From the NCBI GenBank assembly GCA_951406725.2, contig OX597820.1, forward strand, positions 81,096,001-81,160,000: a stretch of DNA of 64,000 bases, written 5' to 3'. Under the pieces are notes generated by a model, which was not told where the DNA came from, searched no databases, and was given only the letters and a program-made list of their open reading frames with translations. Shown in pieces: positions 52,898 through 64,000 of this stretch. The DNA comes from Octopus vulgaris (taxonomy: Eukaryota). Position 1 is the first letter of the stretch. Each line of letters begins with the position of its first letter. Both the position numbers and the translations under genes were made by a program.

Positions 52898-53510
52898 CTA
52901 GTAGAAATACCCGGAATTGCTTGGGATTAAAATGGCAGAATTTGTGTATGTATTAGTTATGCTGAATCAGGTGATACAGGAATGTGCAGCATTGACGACA
53001 AAACATTTGTGGAGTAAATAATGGCTTAATTCAACTGAATGACATGTCATGCATCCATTTGGAGTATTTCATGCCCTAACCTGTCATGGAAAATTAGGGG
53101 TAGGGGGTATGTGATTTTTGAATGCACTGCAAAGCTGTTGGTGGATATACTCTCATTTGCAGCAGTCAGTGCTGCATCTAACACAACCCATAGTCTGAAG
53201 TTTTGACACCTTCTTCAGGTTTGTTGTCTTACATCCCTCATAAAGTAACTTTGGAGGAACTGTGGTCGTGCATTCGTGGGTAACAGGGAAGTAATGAGGT
53301 AATAAACTTGCCTTTGAACTTTGAATATCAGCATAAAGAAATAGCCAGATGGAGAAAATATCTTCATTCATATAGAAGATCAAAAATAAAATCAGATGGC
53401 AAAAAGAGAAATGAACACACTGGATTTCATTAATTATACTTGTCTAACGTCTCAGGTTCAACTTGAGCACTTCTATGGGGTCTATGTGTTTCCTAACAAA
53501 AATGTAACTA
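52898..53510 (-). mobile_element. Short non-autonomous Helitron; 5' end approximate
   Basis: Minus-strand 3' end CCCAAGCAATTCCGGGTATTTCTACTAG|T, homologous to the terminus at 12993. Confidence 0.6.
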
Positions 53511-53539
53511 TATATATATATATGTATGCATTTGTATGT

Positions 53540-53740
53540 CTGTGTTAATCCCTCCACCGTTGCATGACAACTGACGTTGGTGTGTTTCCATCCCTGTAAC
53601 TTAGCAGTTTGGCAAGGGAACTGATAGAATAGGTACTATGCTTAAAACAAATAAGTCCCAGGGTTGATTTGCTTGACTGGAGGTGGTGCTCTAGCATGGC
53701 CACAGTCAAATGACTGAAACAAGTAAAAGAATAAAAGAAA
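53540..53740 (+). mobile_element. SINE family A 3' half
   Basis: GTAACTTAGCAGTTTGGCAA..CAGCATGGCCACAGTCAAATGACTGAAACAAGTAAAAGA-like tail. Confidence 0.8.
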
Positions 53741-54424
53741 TATATATATATAAAACCTTGCCTCGCAAAGTGGAAATCAGAAAAACAGAAAATGTTCAGA
53801 TAAGCAATTTTTGCTTCCGACTTAATACACATCTAAACCTCATTTTACAATGCAAATTATAATTACTATTATTATTCATTAATTTATCAATGTACATACA
53901 CAGTTTCATTTATTCCATGCCATATGTTATAGTAAACTTAAGAAGCCCTATGGTCATTTCAATTCTCTCTCACTTTAACGCTCATTATAATAATTATTAT
54001 TGTTATTCATTAATTTATTTATCTATTTTTGTCACAGTTTGGCTAACTCCATATCGTAGGTTATAGTTACAGCTATAGTTGATGTTAAGAAAGCAAATAT
54101 TTGATTCTCTTTCACTCTATAGTGCTCCTTATAATTATTATTGTTATTCATTTAGTAGCATTTTATTGCATAGTTAAGATATCCAATTGTTCAATTCTTT
54201 CTTTAGAGAAAGAATTTACTCTTTCTCTAAATCTCGAAAATTCCATTTCTTCATGTTTTGCTTTCAACCAACCCTAATTCTGAAAAAAATTTCACTGCTC
54301 TCCCTCTCTCTCTCTCTCTCTCTATTTTGTTAACCACTTGCTTTTCCCATGGTGATTGTTAATTAGTAGTTCGTTTTGTCTGTGGCTATGCCACATTGGC
54401 TTCTGCTGGGGAATAGGGCAGCAA

Positions 54425-54620
54425 CAGACACATACCCCTCCCCACACACACACATATGACAGACATCTTTCAGTTTCTGTCCACCAAATCCACTCACAAG
54501 GCTTTGGTCAGCCTGAGGCTATAGTAGAAGACACTTGCCAAATGCGCCATGCAGTGGGACTGAACTCGGAACTATGTGGTTGGGAAGCAAGCTTCTTACC
54601 ACACAGCCACTCCTGTGCCT
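54425..54620 (-). mobile_element. SINE family A 5' half
   Basis: Reverse complement of the tRNA/CORE-like head. Confidence 0.82.
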
Positions 54621-54814
54621 ATATATATATATATATATAAAATGGAGATGTACTTGCATAGCAAGTGGCATGATCTGATATGTGCTGAAACAAAAGCTAC
54701 CTGCTACCATACAACTTTACAAAGGACTGTACATACACAGGTAATAACCAAGAGCACCTTTGGATTTAATTATCCCCTAGAGGTTTTAGACTCCTCTTAC
54801 TGATACCTATATAC

Positions 54815-54865
<51 letters not shown>

Positions 54866-57800
54866 AAAATACAAAATGGAACAAGAATGCAAAATATCCA
54901 GAAGACGATACAAAAAACACGGACGGGTCATTCGAAGCCTTTAATCTTCAGTCAAGAACCAGATCATCTTCGCAATTTTGGCTGATTCCCATACATATAT
55001 ATACACACACACACACATATATATATTCTCCATTTCTTCCACCAGAGAAAAATAAAGTTTTCATAAATACAACAATAAAGTGTAAAAATAAACCTACAGT
55101 ATTCAAAGTATACAACAACTGAAGAAACTAGCTTATTTGATGTTCTCAGGAAAAACACATACTAGAATATTTTTGAACGTGTATAGAGAATTTAATGACA
55201 TATAAAGAGATTTGATTGACAGTTAGGTTTATATGCTATATTTTACATTTTAGCGAATGCTTTATGTAATTGACAGATGTTAACACCTCTGTCTTTATAT
55301 ACGTTATAAACTATGTTTATACTGATTCTATAAACTGTCTATTGATTTTGGTTGCTTCATATTTTGTTTCTTCTTACTTGGTTCCCTTCTAAGCAGAGTG
55401 ATAATAAAACTGAAATAGTTACAGATAGTAGATAAATAGACAAGATGCAACATAGTAATTTCACAATTTTTCAAATTCAAGTTAGGAATTTTACCAAGAT
55501 AATAGAATTTCATTGTACTTCAAGAAAGTCAGATTTTAGTGTTCCAAGCCAAGGTTGTTCAAATTTTCAAGAATGATCAAACAGAGAGTAATGATTAACA
55601 AGTAATCTCATATATTTACTCTCAAAGAAAACCTTCCATTTTTATGTCAAAATTATGTTTCTATCAGTTAAATCTTTGATAACCATTATTCCTGGATGTA
55701 TATATTCTGCCAGTGTTCCTAGTCCTAATCCAGTTTGGTGCAATGTATTTATCCTGAAATAAGACAATCTGATGACAACCAGAAATCAAAGCCTTGGTAA
55801 TTTAGTAGAAAATTAAATACTGAAAATATTTTTTATCTCTAGCAATAAAATTAACAGAGCAATAAGTGGACCCACAGTAACAAGAGTATCTAGCTACAAA
55901 AGTAGTTAGTGCCCTACATGCAAGTTGCCCCTTCCTACATGTAGAAAAATGTTTGTAAAACAGTAAAAAAATAAACTGTATTTAAAAAAATAATTAAGCA
56001 GATTTAATCATACTATTTATGACTTTGTGATGATTCTGTGTCAGGTGAAAAATATATCACAAATATAACTATTGGGAAAGAGCCAAAGTCTTGTCATGAA
56101 AATCTGGAAGACTTTAATAACAGATAAGGTAGATTAGACAAGCCAAATCTTGTAGAAATTACCTTAAACTTGTCAGCTGGCATTAATATAGATATTCTAT
56201 CATAGGATGGTAATCAGTGTTAAATCTGCTAACAGAGCAGTTAATGATGACATTACAAATAGTGTTAATATTGATTCTCACATAGGTTACATGGTCAGAA
56301 ATGTGTGAAGGAAGAGAAGTGTATTGATTTAATGCTATTCCTCTACAAGCCAACTATTGTATCAATGTGTGAAAAGTTTATATCAACAGAACTCAAAGTG
56401 AAAACTAGGAGGTGAATCTCTATGTTCTAAGACATCAATTAGTACTGGCCTTATTAAGGACCAAAAGGTTGGCTGACAATTACAAGATTTGAAATGAGAA
56501 CAAGATGGGACGAAAGCAAATTTTCTAAAGTATTTAGAGAAGGTAGTTTTAAGATTAGGCTTACATTGTGTCTGATCTCAGTCTACTTCTATAAAAATGT
56601 TATGTGAATGGAGTAGAAACAATCTAAGGATAACAGACTAGAGAAATAATATATTACAGTATGTAGTCCTGCCCTTACTGGTTCAATAGTCAAATCTAGA
56701 TGTGGTTGACATGTCATTCCATTTCTCATAAGTAAGTAAAATAAGTACCAGTATATCTTAAGGTTGATGAAATCCTCAATTACCCATCTGGCTTTGTAGA
56801 AAACTGAAAAATAAATATATGTATGCCACTAAATGGCAAGAGCAGTATAGTGCTTATTTTATTATCTATAGTGTTTTTACATCCTAATTTCAAATACTAT
56901 CAAAATTCACTATTTAACGCTTCATTCTTCTGGACTATATATAAGAACTAACATTCTAAAATAAAAAAAAAAGGCTTTAATATTCTCCCAAATATTTGTC
57001 TGTCTCCTTGTGCCAAGGTTAAAAATCAGCAAATATAGTAAAAAGTGGGTTGAGGAATGAAGACACAATTATAGAATATGTAAAAAAGCAAAGTTTTATG
57101 AAATATTCTATAATTGCGCCAAATTATTGATCAGTTCTTATGGCACCATTTAAAATAAATGAAAATATTCACAAATTTATAATCCTGTTATTATTACAAA
57201 ATCAAATAATAAATTTCACTAAATTTAATAATCTAGTAATTTGAAATGAATACAGTAATGAGGAAAGTGTTAATGGTTCTAACAAGCAACAACAGAGATG
57301 GAATAAAATGTACACTTAATGGTAACAGTGGAATTTCTCAGAGGTATATAATGCATCTTGTGTGCATGTTTTCTTCAAATGGTGTTTATGAATAAGTTTT
57401 CAACACAAAAAAGTGTGAGGGAGATAAGTTTGTTTTTTTTACCAGTAAATGAAAGTAATAATATAAATCCAAGAGTAAAATACTAAAATTTATTGCATAC
57501 AATGGTTTTTTTAAAAAATTCTTTTACAAGCTGGAATTTTCTCTGAAGGAAATGAAAGAAAGTGTCTATCTTTTAATAGTTCGAACTGAGAGGAAAAAAA
57601 GATAGATAGCGAGAGAGAGAGGGAGAGATCCCCAAAACTTTTAGCTCTAAGGAAAATTAAAGTGAGAATCTAAAACTGTTTATACTCATAAAATCCTGTT
57701 GTTTGTTCTGTAAAACTAGAGATTTTGATAAAATGTAAATAATCCGTTATAAAAGCTATAAAAATATAACTATTGCATGAATTTTAATGAAATTTTCTGA

Positions 57801-58260
57801 CATGACAAAATGATCATTTGAATGTGGTTTTTACCCATTGTTTTTAATTTTTACCTGTTGTCATTTCACTTTGGCAGGTAAAAGAACATTCATCAATCAA
57901 TGTAGGTTGAATTCAGTAAAGTTGATTATATGTAAGGATTTTTCTTCACATATATTAACAAAACATCAATTCTTGAGCAGTGATTTTCCAAAAATAAATA
58001 CTAAGGGGAGTAAAAAATTATCTGCACTTTTACCAAGACTTTCTTTAAATTGGCTACACTGCCTTCAATACTCACATGCTAAAAGGTGGCACTATTGTGG
58101 TTACATATCTGAGGTTTGACCCTGACCATTTCAATTTTCTTTATTTTTTTGTTACAGAGTAAACATGACCACTCTGTTCCAGTGTTTCTACTTTCCTGCA
58201 TTGGCATTTATCACTGAAAAACTTAGCTCTGGTTTAAATTCACGAACAGAAAAATAAATA

Positions 58261-58532
58261 CGTTATTTACATTATTTATATTTGACAGATATTTGTCCTC
58301 ATCTTGTTTATTGTTAAAACAACATTTCGGCTGATATACCCTCCAGCATTCATCAGGTGTCTTGGGGAAATTTCGAACCTGAGTTCTCATTCCTAAGGTA
58401 TTTTTTGATGTTATTATTATAACCCAAAAATATACTATCCACTCCAGTTATGAAGAAAAGAGAGAAAACCAATAAACTGTCTACAGTCTGTCTACCCTAT
58501 GTGAAAGGCCTTTCCGGAAAGATACAGAAGAT
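58261..58532 (+). mobile_element. PLE fragment with inverted pLTR piece
   Basis: KLSTVCLPYVKGLSGKIQKIC preceded by a minus-strand hammerhead-like motif at 58317-58360. Confidence 0.7.
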
Positions 58533-58750
58533 ATGTGTGTGTGTATATGTTTGTGTGTCTGTGTTTGTCCCCCAACATCGCTTGACAACTGATGCTGATG
58601 TGTTTACGTCCCCATAACTTAGCAGTTCGGCAAAAGAGACTGATAGAATAAGTACTAGGCTTACAAAGAATAAGTCCTGGGGGCGATTTTCTCAATGAAA
58701 TGCGGTGCCCCAGGATGGCTGCAGTCAAATTACTGAAACAAGTAAAAGTA
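58533..58750 (+). mobile_element. SINE family A 3' half
   Basis: Matches 17470-17680. Confidence 0.85.
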
Positions 58751-59994
58751 TATTGATATATATACATGTATATATATATATATGTATGTATATGGGCGGT
58801 GGTGCCCCAGCATGGCTGCGGCCTTTGGGCTAAAACATTTTTAAGGATTTATATATATATGTGTATATATATCATCTGCCAAATATGGGTTCGGCATCCT
58901 CTTTCTCTCTCTTTCTTTCAATCAGAATATTAATACCTCAGTCAATATTTAGATTAAATTCTATGGCTGTGTAAATATGGCAATTAATTTCAACAGAAAA
59001 TTATGTAACACATCATACATCAATTGAAAGAATTAGTTCTATAATAAGAATATGTGTTTGCCCTTGTCCTAAAACAATTTCAAATTCAGAAAGAACATGT
59101 AAATCTGGAGATTATAATCCTTAAGTTATTTTTAATCAATGTTGGAAATATATCCTCTATGCTTTGCAAAGAGGTGTACATTTGCAATAAGAAGTCAGTA
59201 CATGTATAAGAAAGAATTAATTATTAAATGTGTATGCAAATCTGACAGCAACTGTCACAGACACAACTATGTACAAGATCAATAGCTATTTACTTTATAA
59301 GTATTTCATTTTGTAGCTCATAATGAGCAACTTGGAAGATTTATTATTTCTGATGGAAGTTTTCAGCAGAAGAAATAATATGAAAATATCAATAAAACAT
59401 GTAAAGACTAATGGCCAATAAAGTTTGGTGAACTGATTATATTGTTTGAAACAATAGAGAGGTGTAGGGTAAAATTGATAGTGCTGGAGAAACAAAAATG
59501 GTTTTGTGAAGTGTAGTTACATCCTTTTATGTTTGAAGTCAAAAATTCAACTGAGTTCAACTTTGCCTTTCATCCTTCCAGAATCAATAAAATAAGTCTC
59601 AATGAAGTATTAGATTTTCTTTAATTGACTGTATTCCCCTCCCTTTTCTCTATGTTAGAAATTTCAGGGGGAAGGTAGATCATCATTTAAATACCTTGTA
59701 ATATTTTTCAGTTGTATACTGTTATGTTATGAGTTCAGATCTCACTAATGTCTGTTAACAGAATGACTTTCATTTGGTTTTGAGTTTATAAAACGAGTTC
59801 CAGTAATTACTGTGGTATATTCAGTTGATGATACCCCAACTTCCTAAAATGCGTGGCCTTGCATGTTAGAAATCATTAGAGATGTTATGGAAATAGAGCT
59901 GGAGAAATGACAGTGTGCACATAGTGAATTTTATTGTGGTACCAGAAAAGACTAAAAGATCCTCTTGCTTTTACATTCACTCTGCTCATTTATC

Positions 59995-60125
59995 AATGTT
60001 TGGTATAGCAGTATTACCAATAACTGCTACAAGGCAAAAGTGATGCCTTAGAGAGAGGAAATTATAGAGGAATCAAACTACTTGATCAGGTTATGAAAGT
60101 TACAGAGAGTTATAGCACAATTGAT
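59995..60125 (+). mobile_element. RTE RT fragment
   Basis: NYRGIKLLDQVMKVTE, matching about 10930-11060. Confidence 0.8.
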
Positions 60126-60243
60126 TTGTGACAAAGCAGACCTCACTAAGAAGATTGTATCCATGATGTTTCTTCCATGCATTTGTATTTCAATTTGTTA
60201 GTTTTTGCAAATTTTGTACTACTTTTTAACTATTGTTTTCAGC

Positions 60244-60592
60244 AGTGAACTATACTAAAAGGTTTCATGCTTTTAAGCCATTTCTGAAACTCTAGCATAG
60301 TAATATTTTAAACTGTACTTTGTCATCAAGACAGCTGCAATGTTCATGTCTATTATTTTAGTTTTAGTATCAAATTCAAAATCTACAACTGTAAAATATT
60401 TGAATGGGATATTGTATTACTATGTGTGAATTATTTTCCTCATCTTAGATTTACTGCTGATATTCTCGCTATTGTCTTTAGGTGGATACAATTATTTTAA
60501 TCACTTCAATTGTTTTCAGCTGATATAGTTATATTAAGAGTAAAGTTACAGAAATGGTTTAAAACATGAAATCCATCTTTGTATACTTCACT
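60244..60592. mobile_element. MITE-like element with about 50-bp imperfect TIRs
   Basis: AGTGAACTATAC..TTTCATGCTTTTAAGCCATTTCTGAAAC versus GTTACAGAAATGGTTTAAAACATGAAA..GTATACTTCACT. Confidence 0.65.
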
Positions 60593-60701
60593 ATTGTAAG
60601 GAGTAACTGCCACACAGAGTGGTTAGATAAATTTTCTAAAGGGGCAGATAACATTAGGAAGTACTTATTAAAAAATATGTCCACGGGTTTGTTCTAATTT
60701 A

Positions 60702-61991
60702 CAGAGTGGGGAAGCAAAACTTGGAAAATAATAGATAATTCACCAAATTGTTTATATTACAACAACCAACAACCTGACATAAAAATAATTTTAACACAAG
60801 TATATAGGGGTATAAAGAGACAATTTATTCAATATGCTTGCCTTCATTGTCCATCACAGCCATCACATGCTGCCTGAAGGCGACACAACTCTTCATGATG
60901 AAGTACTCAGACATGTTGTCCCACTCTTCTCTCAGGATTTGCTTAATATGATCAAGACTTGAATGTGAAGTTCTGTTGGTAGAGTGCTCCAATTTGCCCC
61001 ATATGGCATAACCCAGGGAGTTCAAGTCTGGGCTGGAAGAAAGCTAGAAGTTGGCAGGTCAAAAGTTGGTGAAGTTGTCTTTGAAGAATTTCTGCACTTT
61101 CTTCACCATATGAGCAGGAGAACCATCTTGATTTCACACATAATTACCGTTGGGGTAGTTATACTTCAGCCAAGGCAAAACCTTATACCACAGGACTTTA
61201 TAACAAACATCAGCTCCCACCTTTTCCTCAGATTTGAAAAAATGGAGAGGCATCTTTTTACTGTCAGACGCCACAACTCCCAGTATCATGACTTGAGAGG
61301 GAGGCTTGGTCCTAAAGACACACTTTTATTTCAGAAGGTGACTTAGCAATGTATTGTATCAATCATTGTGACGTTTTAAAACAGCATCAACAATGAAGAT
61401 ATTTTCATCTGAAAAAATTTTGACGGTTTGTCCATTGTGCTTCAGGTATTGCAACACTTTTTTGGCTCTTTCATGCCTTTTGGCTTTCATTGCATGAGTC
61501 AATAGGTGTCTCAGAGTCCTCACGTATGACCACAAATGTAGATCAGTGTGTACAACATTTCTGATGGTCTTTGGATCAACGTTCATTTCCATGGACAGTT
61601 TTCTCATGGATGTTGTTGAGTCTTTCAAAATTTTGGCTTTAAGAAATTTAAGAAACACATTATCCTATTTTTTTTCTTCTCTCCACTTCCTTGCTTCCTC
61701 TTGATGCCTCTAATATCCAGCATTCGGTTCTTAACGTTATAGACAGTGCTCGCAGGGGCCCCAACTGTCTGAGTAATACATCTAATTGCAACCCTGGCAC
61801 AAAGCAAATCTGCAATGCATTGTCTCTTGACTTCTTAAATGGACATGTTAGATCATATGACTAGAACTTCTGCTTAAATTAACTCTATATACCTCCACCC
61901 TGATATAGAAAACAATATTTTAGTATTTACACTCAGGAATATATGAAAAATAAGGTTTCCAAAATATTCCAAATTTTACTTCTCCACTCTG
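60702..61991 (-). mobile_element. Full-length decayed DD37D (maT) Tc1/mariner transposon
   Basis: 25-bp TIRs CAGAGTGG(G/A)GAAG(C/T)AAAA(C/T)TTGGAA with TA duplication; FSDE, QDGSPAH and SPDLNSLGY with 37 residues between the second and third catalytic positions (third D mutated to G); stops and frameshifts. Confidence 0.92.
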
Positions 61992-64000
61992 TAGATGTTG
62001 GTAATTTTATATGATAATCAATGGGATTCTTTATAAAGCCTCAGAGGCTACTAGTAGCAAAGTAGGAAGTTATTCTGAGACAGGATACCCAACTTGGATG
62101 TTCACAACTGAATGGACGCTACTAAAGGCATCCAATGGTCAGGTAGTGATATTAAACTGGATGACAGATTAAATCTACCAGCCAAGAATAGAAACACTTA
62201 CTTCAGACAACTTCCAAAATGTTTCTGTCAAGCAAATTCCATTCACAAGGTTAAGGTCAACTCAAAAGCTATGGTACATAACACTGGCCCCAGACACCAT
62301 GCAGTAGGATTGAACCTGAAATCATGTGGTTGTGAGCTTAACCACAACCATGCCTGCTTCTATTCCTTGGCTATGCAAAGGATTAAAAATGAAGCATTTA
62401 TTTATAGCAAATTTGAACAAAAGTTGCAAGTTCAATTCTTGATCTAGCTGAAGAATATCTCCTGCAGAAAGACTGGAGAAAATTACAACTGAAATGTTGT
62501 TAGCAGCGAATCCAAGACAAAGAAAATAATCTGTGAGACAAACATCAATAGAAAGTATTATGAAAAACTCTTAAGCTTATCTTTCAATCATTTTGTCATG
62601 TTTATTTTCAAATACTTATACACTTTGTTCTGTTTTCTTTGTTTCTGTGCTTATCTGAATATTATACTTCTTAGATCATATGAAGAACAACTGATGTTCA
62701 ACATTTGATTACACTTTTGAATAATCTACACAAGAATAAAAATTGCTTATAAATGCAATTTTATTTGGCCCAGCAAGATATTTTCTAAGTACATTATTTG
62801 ACAGAAGTGCAATAGATATTAGCAATCTTCACCAAACATCACAACTTCTTAAGAATATTAAGCACTTTGATATTTGGGTTTCTATTTATTTATTTATCTG
62901 GTTTAGAATAATAATTTTCATCTTGTTTTAATGTTTTATACCTTTTTGCAATATTGGAGCTACCTTATTTAATAGCAGCAATCTTCTCTCATAAGAAAGT
63001 AAAACCTTTTGATAGTTAATCCTATCCATATTTAAGATTTTTCACTACTAAACAGCTTTCTTTTTAAAACCATTTTTATTATTAATTCTTCCAAGTTACT
63101 TTTTGACATAACTTTCAACCTTCTGCTGATATCTGCTAATATGCTGAAGTTTATTGCTGTACCATTTAGAAAGTTTATTGAAGCTAGCACATAAATAGTT
63201 GGCAGATAAATCTTAGTGTTCTTGTTCTTGAGAATAGATATTATTCATGTGTCATTTTTAGTTTCTGAAACAGACACTACTTAAATACCTTGTAAACATT
63301 TTACAGAATGCTAGTCAGGTATTTTAATCAAAGTCTAACTTTGAGTATTAATTCTTAAGGATAAATTGTAAGACATTGTGAACTTCAGTCATTACCTGGT
63401 TAATTTTTTTTAAGTTCATTTCTTTTTATTTGTTGCATGTTTTTTTTAAAGATTTTATTTTTTAAACTTAATTACTATTGAACACCTGATTTAATTACTC
63501 TAAGATACTCAATTACTTTATGTTTGTGCCTAGTACTCTGAAAGGTTGTGTATTGAAAGTCTCAGAATTTGCTTATATTATCTTAGTTTTATCAAGTAGG
63601 AGAAAGGGCAGTATCCAAAATCCTGTGCTTTTTCAGAGTCACCAACATTCAAAGGAAGAAGTTAATCTTTAATCCACAGACATATCCCAAATGTTTACAA
63701 CAAGGTGAACCTCACTAAAAACACCCAAGAACCAAATAGTATTGTGTGCATCTTTTTTTAACTTTGAAATCCTGTTAATTTCTGTTAGCCCTTTTCAGTA
63801 ATACTTTTGTTTTCCAAAATAAGCTAATTTGTGAACATTAGGCTTGTATTTCTACTATAGATTCTCAATGTTGAGATGTTAGGGACTTCATTTTCATTTC
63901 CATCAGCAGAGGTTTTTTTTTTCCCAGATGCAGCAGTGTATGAGATTTTATTTCCACAGGGGTCTCTATTTCAAACGTGATAACATGTCTTAAAAGTAGA

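Noticed and set aside
54875-54990. CTGAAGA..GAA motif on the minus strand as another hammerhead
   Set aside because: No GAAA in register and no convincing stems I and II
55640-55753. Minus-strand terminal-exon candidate after ttatttcag
   Set aside because: Two short open frames, neither recognisable; unsupported without RNA data

Overview
AT-rich, repeat-saturated animal genomic DNA. The SINE/LINE repertoire and microsatellite load suggest an octopod cephalopod, but this is inferred and not database-checked. The only host gene I can support is a short-prodomain caspase on the minus strand: a 27-nt start-codon micro-exon (28840-28866) splices in phase to a 248-nt p20-subunit exon (21179-21426). 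I found no catalytic exons in the window. The rest is layered mobile DNA: a nearly intact 5'-truncated RTE LINE with a PHD-type finger (about 9575-12968) plus a second copy nested in a Tx1/L1 relic, an R4/Dong relic, several Penelope-like (PLE) fragments, three Helitron derivatives, a DD37D (maT) transposon, a mariner relic interrupted by a miniature LTR element, MITEs and several tRNA-derived SINE families. The most notable signals are (1) a hammerhead ribozyme with an intact core at 17700-17805 plus decayed hammerhead motifs at PLE ends, (2) a mini-LTR element whose primer-binding position is complementary to its own polypurine tract, and (3) a copy-number-variable array of hairpin units in the RTE 3' UTR. 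All alignments and folds were done by eye.
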